This document shows, in pieces, positions 26,863 through 38,800 of a stretch of 64,000 nucleotides of DNA. This DNA is from Thermoplasmatota archaeon. GTDB taxonomy: Archaea; Thermoplasmatota; Poseidoniia; Poseidoniales; Thalassarchaeaceae. The notes below the pieces were generated by a model that had not been told where the DNA came from, made no database searches, and worked only from the letters and a program-made list of their open reading frames with translations. Both the position numbers and the translations under genes were made by a program. Each line of letters begins with the position of its first letter. Position 1 is the stretch's first letter. The stretch is taken from positions 22,393 through 86,392 of the forward strand of contig JAYZLP010000012.1 of assembly GCA_036154155.1 (NCBI GenBank), read 5' to 3'.

Positions 26863-29796
26863 GTGTATGCGAGCAGCATAGCGAATAGCGCGTCCCGCCG
26901 TTTCAGGCTGGCTCTGGCACTTTCCCTGCTGATGTTGATGCCCTTTGGCATGCTTTCCAACCATCAATCAGAGCTTCCAGAAGAAGTCAGGATGGAAGCA
27001 GGCTCCGATGTCCAGTTGAACCTCTATACAATGTATTTCGCTTCCCAGAATTCTTCCGCAGGCGGCGATGGTTACATCACAACACAGGTTCCCGAGTCAG
27101 GTGGCCAAGAGTCGATGAGCGCCCTAGACAGCAGCATAGAGTTCCGAACTAGTCCGATGCTGTCGTCTTTAGATGTAGCCGGACGCCCCAATCATGGCTC
27201 CGGCTCCGGATCTTACTACCTGCCACTGGGGCTATTCATGAGGGCGACAGGCCCTGACACTTCCTCTGTGGAGTGGACAATTACACTCAAGTCATCAGGT
27301 AGCCAAGTCGGTTCGGTTTCTTGGAGCACTGATGCATGCAATCCAGGGCTAACTCAGAGCTGTAGTTTCGACCATGAGACATTTGAAATCGACTTAGGGA
27401 ACGACCAGAGATTCACCATAGACAAGGACGAGCGCCTCGAGCTAATCGTCGATGCCGATATGTCTGGTTGTGACAGTAGCGGAAGCCCATTCGGCTCTAG
27501 TTGCGAGGCCGAGGTGGCATGGAATGAGATAGACGGCGACGACAGATTCAGCACCCTGGAGATCGAGGCAAATGCAATATCCAACAGTCTCGTTCTCCTA
27601 CAGAGGGAGGGTGCAGAGCTCGCAGAGGGGCCAGAGTTGGAATGGTTTCCGAATGACATCCTGTCTGAGAGGGTTATGCAGTTCTCTTTCGATGTCAAGA
27701 GCAGTTTTGGCAGGTATGACGTAGACTCGGTAAGGCTATTGATGCGGGATCCCGACGGAATGTACCGGATAGACCACGTAATTGATGAGGACGACGAGGA
27801 AATAGAGGACACAAGCCAAGGCATCTTTGGAGAGTACCTCTGGTCATACCCTAGCGGCATCCCCTCTGGAGAATATTCCGTCGAACTCGAGGTTTCTGAC
27901 ATCCAAGGTAATAGCGTCATAATCGAGCACGAACCCGTGACAATGGAGCAGTGGGGAGTTGCATTGAACCACAGGTTGGATCGAACTACAGAATACATAG
28001 CCCCCGGCCAAACAACCCCGGTTCCACTGCAACTAGTTCACAGGGGAGACTCCACGAAGTCGATGGACGTGGAGTTAGAGGTCCTCACAAACTTCCCAAG
28101 CTCTTGGTTGCTAGAATTCGACTCACCAGGCGGATACACACTCAATGCTGGAGGCGATATTCTGAATCCAATACTCACTCTTACCGCACCCGAGGATCTT
28201 ACAGGTGCCCCAGGCTCCATAGACATCAGAGCCGTTGCAGAAGCAGAGGTCGACGGCGTACTTACCGTTGTTCACCAGGACACCCTTCAGATTGACTTGG
28301 AGAAGATTGACGTTTACCAACCTCCTCAAGTATCCATATGGTCAGAAGACCACGACATCCCAATAGCAAACTCTTCACGCCCCGATGACATTGACTCAAC
28401 CATTCCCAGGTATGTCGACTACGACCAATTCACTCCATTCCTTCTTGAGATTTTCAACACCGGTTTCGATGCTGACACATTCAGGATCGACGTACTACAA
28501 AGATCCAAGTCAATCATTCACGTGTACGATAATGACACTGGCCAGAGAATTCTGGAGGACGAAGGTGACGGCACTTTCCATACGGCTCTCTTGGATAGAC
28601 ACGACACTCAAACGCTGAGGCTGATGATCAAGCCCTCGGCTGACAGAGAAGACCCCGACATCGGCCCGGTCGAGATAGAGGTGGTGAGCTCAGGAAACGC
28701 CTCTCTTAGATCCACGGTACTATTCACTATCCAACGCACATTTGGAATAAGGGCCGAGGTTTCCTATGACTGCGATGGTTCACCACTTGGCCACATCAGG
28801 GTTTCTCTTTGCGACCCCGGACCAGGAAACGCGGAAGTCTCCCTAAGGGCAAAGATCACCAATACGATGACATCCGGGGAATCCGCCACATGGTGGAGGA
28901 TCCAGAATCCAGCTTCATTGGATGATAACACCGATAGAAACGCCGCCTACGGGCAGTGGCAATTCCGGATCGAGGACTCGTCGGGTAATGCCGTCCCCAG
29001 GGTCTCTCTTGCCCCCGGCGACGAAACCGAGGTATTCGTGACCATCACTCTGACAAATCAGGTAGAGTTTGGCAATCACACAGTTTACCTCAGAATAGTT
29101 GAAGATACCACTGATGACGATGCCAAGTACTTCGATCTGCCAATGGTGTTTGAGATTGATCCCGATGACCCCAACTTGGAAATCGTACAAGTAACGCCCA
29201 ATAGACTTCTAGTCCCGGGGGAGTCTTATCCTATCCAGATGAAGGTCAAGAACTTGGGCAATAGCCCCCTCACAGTTCTCTTGGAGGCTGAAGTTGACGG
29301 GACCGGTTGGTCCGTTGACATCGATGGCCCATCGGGATCGGTTCTGATAGTGCTTGGTGCATTCGAAGAAGTCACATTCGTATTGGACGTTAACGTACCC
29401 GACTCTGCAAACAATGGCGAGACCGTAGATGTCCTAGTTTCGGCAACCCCATTCGACACGCAGCAGAGCTGGCCCGATGATGCTACGGCAGAGAAGACCG
29501 TTGTGATGAGGGTAGGTATTTCGTCACTAATTGACAGACTTGTAAACGAGATTACACACCCCCGACTTTCAACCTACATCGTGGGAATAGTTGCAGCAAT
29601 GCTACTCATCGCAGGAATCCAAGGCGCTATGAACAGGAGAAGGTGGAAGGCGCATATGGCATATTTAGATGCAATTTCCAGTGATTCAGACGAGGATTTG
29701 GAAGATGAAGAAGACGATGATTTACCCGCTCCAGTTGTGTCGATAGAAGAGGAAGAGGACGATGTATACGAGGATGACGACATCGAACTGGTTTGA
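26863..29796 (+). CDS. Large (977 aa) secreted type-I membrane surface protein with CARDB-like domains and poly-acidic cytoplasmic tail
   Basis: Signal peptide (LALALSLLMLMPFGML), long Asp/Thr/Ser-rich ectodomain, single C-terminal TM (IVGIVAAMLLIAGIQGAM). Tail is DSDEDLEDEEDDD...EEEEDDVYEDDDIELV. Confidence 0.6.
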   Translation: MYASSIANSASRRFRLALALSLLMLMPFGMLSNHQSELPEEVRMEAGSDVQLNLYTMYFASQNSSAGGDGYITTQVPESGGQESMSALDSSIEFRTSPMLSSLDVAGRPNHGSGSGSYYLPLGLFMRATGPDTSSVEWTITLKSSGSQVGSVSWSTDACNPGLTQSCSFDHETFEIDLGNDQRFTIDKDERLELIVDADMSGCDSSGSPFGSSCEAEVAWNEIDGDDRFSTLEIEANAISNSLVLLQREGAELAEGPELEWFPNDILSERVMQFSFDVKSSFGRYDVDSVRLLMRDPDGMYRIDHVIDEDDEEIEDTSQGIFGEYLWSYPSGIPSGEYSVELEVSDIQGNSVIIEHEPVTMEQWGVALNHRLDRTTEYIAPGQTTPVPLQLVHRGDSTKSMDVELEVLTNFPSSWLLEFDSPGGYTLNAGGDILNPILTLTAPEDLTGAPGSIDIRAVAEAEVDGVLTVVHQDTLQIDLEKIDVYQPPQVSIWSEDHDIPIANSSRPDDIDSTIPRYVDYDQFTPFLLEIFNTGFDADTFRIDVLQRSKSIIHVYDNDTGQRILEDEGDGTFHTALLDRHDTQTLRLMIKPSADREDPDIGPVEIEVVSSGNASLRSTVLFTIQRTFGIRAEVSYDCDGSPLGHIRVSLCDPGPGNAEVSLRAKITNTMTSGESATWWRIQNPASLDDNTDRNAAYGQWQFRIEDSSGNAVPRVSLAPGDETEVFVTITLTNQVEFGNHTVYLRIVEDTTDDDAKYFDLPMVFEIDPDDPNLEIVQVTPNRLLVPGESYPIQMKVKNLGNSPLTVLLEAEVDGTGWSVDIDGPSGSVLIVLGAFEEVTFVLDVNVPDSANNGETVDVLVSATPFDTQQSWPDDATAEKTVVMRVGISSLIDRLVNEITHPRLSTYIVGIVAAMLLIAGIQGAMNRRRWKAHMAYLDAISSDSDEDLEDEEDDDLPAPVVSIEEEEDDVYEDDDIELV

Positions 29797-29869
29797 TTAG
29801 TAGCGAGTCATTGTCCGAACGACGCTCCATTCCTCTTAAGTGCCCTACTTTCCGCCCTAGTACAAGGGG

Positions 29870-32800
29870 TTGCGTAGCATGGACTCATTTAGTCAATCTA
29901 CAGGGTCGGACAAGGACGGCCTCAGGAAGGTCAGGTCGGCCATTATTTTCTCGGCCCTGATGCTCATTTCTTCGTACTCAGCATTGGAGTTCGCCGCTTG
30001 GGAGGCGTTGGCTTCAACCGATCAGGACGGCGATGGGCTATCTTACGGTCTCGAGTTCTACATCAATACCCAGCCTCAGGACTGGGACACGGACAATGAC
30101 GGTCTTCCTGACGGGTGGGAATGGCAGTACGGACTGAATCCACTCTCTGCTACAGGAGATAACGGATCCACGGGCGATCCAGACGGAGACTCACTTTCAA
30201 ACCTGAATGAGTTGATGTTCGGAATACCCGCGAACTGGGACGACCCAAACACTCCAAATGAGCTGGACAACGGCGTTTGGTGGAATGGCACGGTACCCGT
30301 AAGTAACTGGGACGAGGAAAGCGCCATGCAACTCATACAGGGACTGGGCTCCGACGGTGCTGATGAGGATCCGTGGGGAAACATTTGCTTCAACACATTT
30401 GATGATGACAAGGATGGTATGGTCGACAATTTCGACGGTGACGGTGACGGTGATGCGAACTGCACAAGTGATGACGATGACGGTGACGGCCTCATCGATG
30501 AGGATCCAAATGGTTGGGATACCGACGGTGACGGCATGCCTGATGGATGGGAAGTTGCAAATGGGCTAGACCCAACCTCACGTACCAACCAAGACGGAGC
30601 ATCGGGGGACCCCGATGGAGACGGGCTAGTGAACCTGAAGGAGTTCATTAACCCAGCTTGGGGGACCCGAAATGGAACTACTACCCCGCCCACACAGTAC
30701 TTCAGACCGGGTCCACTTGCCATGACTGCCACCGAATCGCCCTGCAATCCGGTACTGCAACTTGGACCAGGGGGGTGCCTGATATTCACAGCAGAGGTTG
30801 ATGGCATTACTTCTACGGATCCTCAGAATAACGACACTGATGGCGACGGACTCAATGACTCTCACGAAGCACTCGTTCTGCTAACCGACCCAACAGCCCC
30901 GGACACCGATGGTGACGGAATTAGTGACGGTGTGGAGGTAAATGGCCAGTATGGGGACCCTCCCCTGGCAAGCGACCCAAGGGACAACAATACTGACGAT
31001 GACCAGTTTGACGACGGAGAGGAGGACCTCAACGGGAACGGCATCGTGGATGAAAATGAGACAGATCCAACAAGGATCGAGGATTCTGGTGACTTCGATG
31101 ACGACGGCATACCTAACTGGGAAGAAAACATGACATGTACCCTCTGGAATGTTGCAGATACTGACGGCGGGGGTATTAGCGATGGCTCAGAGCTCGACCC
31201 GTCCCACGGAACAGACCCCTGCACTTCGCTTCAAACACTGAACCTGACAATAGTCGACTTCGATTCCACAAACATGATTCTCACGTTAAATGATACATCG
31301 GCACTCGATCAAACACCCGAGGATTGGAGGCAGAATGGTGAACCCATGGGGTACTACGTGTCATCAACAAATGGCAGCCTCACAGGATTCAGATTCACGT
31401 CCATCAATGGCGATTCATTGAGGGGCATAGACACGGACAAGCCACCTGATGCCACATCTGTGACATTTGTCAACTTCTCTTGGTGCTGGGATCAATCCCT
31501 AGGTTTCTCTAACGATCCAATTTGTGACGATGACTATTTCGACACTGATGGAGACGGGCTAGCCGATTGGGAGGAATCTACTGGGAGCTTTGGTTTCCTT
31601 TCCGATTGGAACATGTCAGACACCGATGGGGACGGGGTGAATGACCTAGATGAGATACTCAATCTAACTGACCCGAGCAATCCCTGTGATAACCTTCTGG
31701 ATTCAGATGGGGATGGTCTAAACAACTACTTTGAGAATACAACAGTTTGCTTGATTGCCTTCGGAGAATTGGGCGGAAATGGCACTACTGATACCTACTT
31801 CACACTGTGGAATGTAACTGACACTGACAACGGGGGAGTTACTGATTTCCAGGAGTATCTGGATGGGACGAACCCTCAGAACAATCCTAACGATGACCTA
31901 AATCCAGTGGATACCGATGGCGATGGGATACCGGACACCATTGAGAACTCTACGGGCACTGACTGGAGGGATCCGGATACTGATGGAGGGGGAGTTCCCG
32001 ATGGACAGGAGTGCACGTCCGAGTTTTGGGATATCAATTGTCTGAATGCCGATGGAAATCCGTGGGATCCGACGGATGATATAGACCCCAACATGATGTT
32101 CTTCGAGGCGATGAACACCTCGATGGGGGTGGATCCCAATATCACGCATTACTGGAGGTGGCATACCTATGACTTCTATACCGGGATTTCTTGGGGGGTC
32201 AACACTAGTCTCGTTGGGAATACGCAGATGTTCCCAGGCTTCTCGACCACACAGGGCGTTGCCGATCAGCAGTTCTGGGATGGTTCCGAGGTCCTTGGTT
32301 GGGAGATATCCCTTGAGTCGGGGGCGCTGATATTCCCTGGCGAGGAAATTATCGTACCCCATAACGCCGTAAATTACACTGGTTGGACCGATGCTAATGC
32401 TGGCCTTAACTTCTCGAACTTCACCAGGGATGCAATAGTGGACGGCGCAACCATAGACACGCTCTTCGTTACCGCCCCGCAAGTTCTGATCACCCAGGCG
32501 ATTAGGGAAAATACAACAGAGTTCTCCAATAGCAGCTATGCGACGGACCTCCCAAGCTCATATCTGGCAAAGGGCAATGCCGCCAGCTTCGTCAACTCAA
32601 TCACAATGACAGTAATCAATGAGTCAGGGGCGTTCTCCGCTTGGGACAGGGTATCCGCAATTCAGGACTTCATCATTAATGGCAACTCAACTACCTCTTT
32701 CTTGAGAAACCATAACGGGACCGAAGTCGGAGTCCTCGATGACGAGGATGACCTATCCTATTGGATTCTGAACAACTCGTTTGAGGGCGACTGTGACCAG

Positions 32801-35800
32801 TTCAGCACTCTTTTCGCCGTGATGCTAAGGTCCGCGGGAATCCCCGCCCGCAAGGTCACGGGTTTCTCTGGTGGGAAGTGGACAGGTACTTCTTTCGAGG
32901 TCTACGGCAAGGACTTCACAACTTGGGTAGAGGTGCACCTCCAGACAAACTCCAATCTAGGTAACGCGGATCTAGGATGGATACCCTTCGAGGCATGTCC
33001 ATCCCTGTCTACCGTCGAAGTAGTAGACGAGAGCTGGGGCCCAATCTGGTTCGACAGGGACCTTTCATCAGGCAATATTTCCCTGGATGGAATACTGAGG
33101 TTCACTGAAAACCAGACCTCTGTGGCGAATATTACCATTGACATGTACTTGGTAAAATCCAATCAGACGGAGAATGTCCCCGGTTCCGCTGCATTAGAGG
33201 AGCATTTCGTTGGTACAGCAATTACCGACGAGAATGGTTCCTTCAACATCACAGGGCAGCCCCAAGAGGTCATCAATCCAGGATATGGCGCTCTGGTTCT
33301 TCGAACTTATGAGGATGGATACGTCGGTTCACAGGGGATCACCTTCCCCTGGAGGATGAACATCACTGACGACGTAGCCATGTCCATTACCGAACCAGAG
33401 CCGGTGGATGAGCCAAAGATAGGGATCGGAGTGAACACTACGGTGACAGGCGAGATTTCACTCTCAAGTGAACCTTACAATGACATCACTCAACTGGATA
33501 GCCTACAGGTGGTTCTCAATTACACAACCACAGCCGATGGCCCGGTTAGCCTAATCTCCAGCGTCGGGGCTGGCGGCTATTACGAATTCTCCGTCCCAAT
33601 AGACGAATCTGAACAGGAGGGGCTGATAGCAGCAACCTTGAATTTCCTAGGCTGGCACGAGGAGGATCTCAACAATGCAACACCTCCCCTCTACCACTTA
33701 CGCCCCCAGTCTGTTGGATTCAACCTAAACCTAACACCGGCGCCTAACCTTACCGTAATTCTGGAGGGTCACGGGGCCAACAACACCATACTTGAGATCG
33801 ACCAGCCAATATACCTCAACGGAACTGTTCTGAGTAGGTCGGCCATCCCCGAGGCACTCAATGGCACTCTGACACTGCAGATGCGAAGATCCGCAGCCAA
33901 CGGGCCCTTTACAACCCTCAACTCGTGGTATCTTAACGACTCCGATTGGACGGGGGCCCTCGGGCAATTTGCAGTCAATTGGTCCTTCTCTGCATCAGAG
34001 GTACCCATTCCCGCTGGACTGGTAGAGATTCGTTACCAGTTCGAGGCGGACGGCCTCTTCGCGAAAGACGAGTCTGTGGTAATCGATGAGCACGGAGTAA
34101 AGAGCTACGTAAATTTCAGCTATATTCTGAATCCAGCTCCCGTGGGGTCAGACTCCGAGGTAGAAGTGACATTGTCAGACCATACTGGAAACTCCGTTGC
34201 GAGCTTCGTCGGGGACTACACATTGGACTTCAACGGCGAATTGGTATGGAATCAGTCAGATCCAGAGCTCCCGCGCGTGATGGTAACATGGAGGCCCACT
34301 ATAGACGTGGAGGCAGGGGACTACCCGTGGCAGCTGAATTATAGCGGGTCCACATGGCTTCTTCCAAACAGCGTGTTAGATACTGTCAGAGTCCAAGGCA
34401 GAGCCGACGTCTCATTTACCCTGGGCTCGGACTGGACCCCTAGAGGGCAATCATCATGGATTTCTGGTTTCGCCAGGGATATCAATCTGAACAGTACGAT
34501 TCTAGGAAATAACTCTTCCATCATCGTAAACATGGAGGTGCCATCCGACCAACCGCCTACTCCAGATGGCCTGGAAGCTCCACCTGTCACCTACAGGCTG
34601 GGGGAGCAGTGGATAGACAACACTACCGGCGAGTACAACATTACATTCCAGATGCCTAGCGGTGTAGGTGCCGGCGTCTACGACCTCAGGCTGATCCTTG
34701 ATTTCGAGAAGAACCCCCCCGCAGGTGGCGCATACTACCTTGTTTCCGGTGCAGTGGTGCTGCAAGCAGGCGTACAGACCGAGTACGTAGTGGAGGCAGA
34801 GCCATTGCAGTCCATCGTGATTGCAGGACAGACACTGGTAACGAATGCCACAGTCACCGATGTGGAGAGCAATGACAGGCTGCAGAACACCACCGTCGAC
34901 ATTTACTTCGATTGGGGAGGGCCACTGCAGCAGGTACTCAACTCCACAGTCACTGGTTCCGATGGCGTCGCAAGGTTCACTCCGACCATTCCTGCTGACG
35001 CCCCGCCCGGGTACTACGATGTCCGTCTACACGCACCGGATGACCTAACTGATAGTTTGACTACACCCAATGCAGGCAGGTGGATAGGGAATGAGAGCAC
35101 AGTGAACCTCACCGTGCAGGTCGCGAGTAGCATCAGAATTGACAATGCGCCATTGCCTGAAGTCACCGCCGGGCAATTTTTCCAACTGCAGGGGCAGGTC
35201 CTAGATGGGGTGGACCAGAATCGTTCAGTATCGGGCCCCATGACGCTGGAGGTCTTTTTCCTGAACGACCCCAGTGAAACCCTGGTCACAGGGCATGTCA
35301 CCGCAGCTAACGGATCGTTCTCTATAATGGTGCCAACTGATCCACTGGGGGATGGCGTGACTAACGGCCTCAAGACCGTCATAGTAAGCGTTGAAAACGG
35401 TAGTACCCCGTTCTACCTTACTGGTTCCGGGAATGAAACCATCCTGGTTCGAGGAGTCACCCAGTTCACTGAAAGGAACCCCCTACTCAATACAATAGTG
35501 GACAGGGGGACATCCATCACATTCGGAGCAAAGCTGGTAGAATCTAGCGATGGGGACAGGCAACTTTCCGACATGTCGGTTTCCGCATTATTCCACGAGA
35601 CGTGGCTAACCCCCGAACAACCGACAAATGGACAAGGCGTCGTCAACTTCACATTCTCAGTCCCTCATTCACATCCACTCGGTTTGATCCCGATAGTTCT
35701 GATGTTCAATGGCTCAAATGGTTCAGACACTCTCCATCCATCATCCACGGTTATCAACACAATCACAGTCAGGTCTCCAACCAACATTACGTTCGATCCA

Positions 35801-38800
35801 ATTACTTCCAACCCTGCTGCAGGGGAGTTCCTCGACATTAGTGGAACTTTGACTTCAAGTAATGGAAGTGGAATAGTTGACAGATCAGGAAATGCCCTGA
35901 ATCCGACTCTAAACTTCGCCATCGACGGGGACACCAATTCGTTCTCAGTCACTGGTGGCACCGTAGATGCCAATGGCACATGGTCGGCCAGAATCTTCCT
36001 GGACCTTTCTTTCCCACGTGGTACGCACAATATCACCGCCTCATATACGCCGTCCGTCAACTACTATGGCGCCAGTTCGGAGGACGGAATTTTTGACAGC
36101 AGAGGTTTCTCCATGCTATCCATAATTTCCCCAACTGATTTGGACCCCGATGAGAGAACTGTCAGAGGGGACAACATCACACTCAACATGTCATTGATTG
36201 ACAACTCCGGGCAGTTCGTCTCCGGAGCCCAGGTCGATGTTTCCATAGACGGGACGCCAGCATGGTCCGGCCTCACGAATGAGGATGGCATCGTCACTAC
36301 TGTAATCCCGACTGATTCCAACAGGGCTCCCGGACCGATGACAATCACCGCCACATTTGCAGGCTTCAATGGGACCACTGGCCTACTGGGTGATGAGACA
36401 TGGACAAGAGTGGTGATACTCGCCCCAACGGTTCTAGATGTGACTTCAATTACAGGCTCCGCAATCGCAGGCGAGTCAGTCACGTTCACTGGAACCCTGC
36501 TGGACGAGCATGGTGCACCCCTGATCGAGAATGGCGAAGAAAAGGGAGGTGTCGTCCACCTTTCCATAGATGGAATCGACGTAGGTCCTGTGTACACTTC
36601 AATTTCAAACTCCTCTACTGGGATTTGGAGCATTACTTACGATTTACCTCTTGATACAGACTATGGGGGCCACACTTTCACCGTCGACTTCCTCGGCGGT
36701 TTCACTTGGGTCGATCCCATGGGCCAGGGCGACTCCCTGAATCCAGAATACTATCTCCCCTCCACAATAACACAGGAATTCAACGCGACCCAGACATCCC
36801 AGGTTGTTCTTACGACCCCCCCAGGGGAAGTCGACAGGAACGAGCTGCTTCTCATAGAGGGAATGCTGACCGATGGCGCCGGAAGGGTACTTCCCGGACG
36901 AGATCTAGATGTCTATATGAACGACCAATTCCTAACATCCCTCTCTGTATCCGACAATGGTACGTTTAGCTTATTCTTCCCCGTACCTCCGGACATGCCT
37001 CTCGGACCAAGGAATGTTAGGATAGAATTTGGTGGAGAGGAGTTCGTAATCGCCTCTAACTCTAGCACTATTTTCACCGTTTTCGGTCCTGTCGAGGTGA
37101 GTGTTGAACAACCGGTTCCGGTCGCTGTTGGAGACGTACTACAACTCAGTGGTTCCGTCAAGGATAACCTTCCGAATGGGTGGCTTGGAAACCACTCGCT
37201 CCAGATCTTTATTGATGGGATCCTGATAGGCACTACTACTACTGATGAGGACGGGGCATGGTCCCATTCTTGGGTAGTATCCGAGTTCCTAGACGTGGGT
37301 CAGCACACACTCACGGTAATAGCCCCGGATCAGGGATATCACCGCGAAGGCTCCGTAGAGGCAAACCTGACAATAGCATACCACACCGGAATGACACTGC
37401 AAGTCGAGAACAATGTGGTGACAAGGGGCGGCGCATGGAACCTAAGTGGTAGGCTATTCGACGCCGACTCTGACGGCAATCCAGGTTTGGAGGGCAGGGT
37501 GCTTTCCTTCCTGCTAGATGGTGAAGAGGTTTCCACCATTACTACAAGCATAGATGGAACATTCAGCATTAGTCATGAACTGGGTTACCTGATTTCAAGG
37601 GGTTCACACGATGTATCATTGGCCTTCGCCGGCGAACAGCTGTACCTTTCAAACGTGATCAATGCGACTGTGTATGCCAGAGCCGACATTCAGATAGAGA
37701 TTCTATTCCTTGAGGATGAGGTCGTCAGAAGCGATGGAAATAGGCCGATTAGGGTTCTCGGCAGGATAATTGAAATCGGTGGGGAGGGCAACACCATGGA
37801 GGAGATGGACCTCTCGCTATACTGGGAGGATTCTCTAAGGCCGAATACGAAGATAACATGGGATGAGACAACAGGGCAGTTCCTGGTCGAGTCGAATGCA
37901 ATTTCAACAATGCCTCCTGGTGTGGCCAGCATGTCGATAGTTGTGGACCCCGACTCCTCAAGGTTCCTGAATGGGGGCGAGATTGATTTCGAGGTGATAA
38001 TCAAGGTTCCAGTGAACTTTGAGTTCCTCCCCGACTCTTTGTTCCTAGAAATAGGTCAAAGCTCCATGTCAGGAAAGGTGAATGTCACTGCCACGGACAG
38101 GGCCGAGGTCATAGAAGGAGTTTCGATTACCGCTAGGCTAGTCAACGAGACCAGTACACATTTCACTGTGGTAGGGGTCACCGATCAGAATGGCATCTTC
38201 ACATATCAGTTCGAGTCATTCCATGAGAACCATCCTCTATGGGACAGGGACTTCTGGGGGGACTTGTCGGTAGAGTTCAGTTCCGATTCCGACATTATCG
38301 ACCCCATTGACGCTGCTCGACTCTCACAGTTCGCCGTTGTCGATGTAGAATATCAGCCGGAGCAGGGGGCATCATTGGTGGGCCCTGCAATGACCGCACT
38401 AGCCATCCTTGTGATAATCGGACTAGCCGCGGCTGGCGTAATTGTGCTAAGGAGGAGGAAACAGGCTGCCATCGATGAGCTAGCAGGGGTGTTCAGCTAC
38501 ACAGCAGAGCTCTTGGCAGCAGGAGATGAGGTCAGGGAGGCTATATTCAACTGCTATGAGGGACTCTGTCAGATACTGATGAGCAGAGGTTTCCTGAGGA
38601 GAGATTTCGAGACAGTCAGGGAGTTCGAGCTAGCAATAAGAAACGCACTCCCAATAAGCGAGCAGGCATTGTTGTCTCTCGACAGAATTTTCGAGGAGGC
38701 CAGATACTCAAGCCACGTTCTCGGCGAGCCCCATAGGGAGAGTGCCCAGATGGCACTGAGCTCAGTTCTCCAAGAGATAGACCAGCTCGAGGAAGTCCCA

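Noticed and set aside
26600-26900. tRNA-Leu as an integration site for the adjacent giant-protein genes (genomic island hypothesis)
   Set aside because: No integrase, direct repeat of the tRNA 3' end, or other mobile-element gene is visible in the window. The tRNA 3' end points toward the housekeeping pterin genes, not the giant genes.
30076-30807. 243-aa minus-strand ORF inside the giant surface-protein gene
   Set aside because: It is antisense to the TSP3 repeat region, a Ser/Pro-rich low-complexity translation that mirrors the Asp/Gly codon repeats. No independent support.
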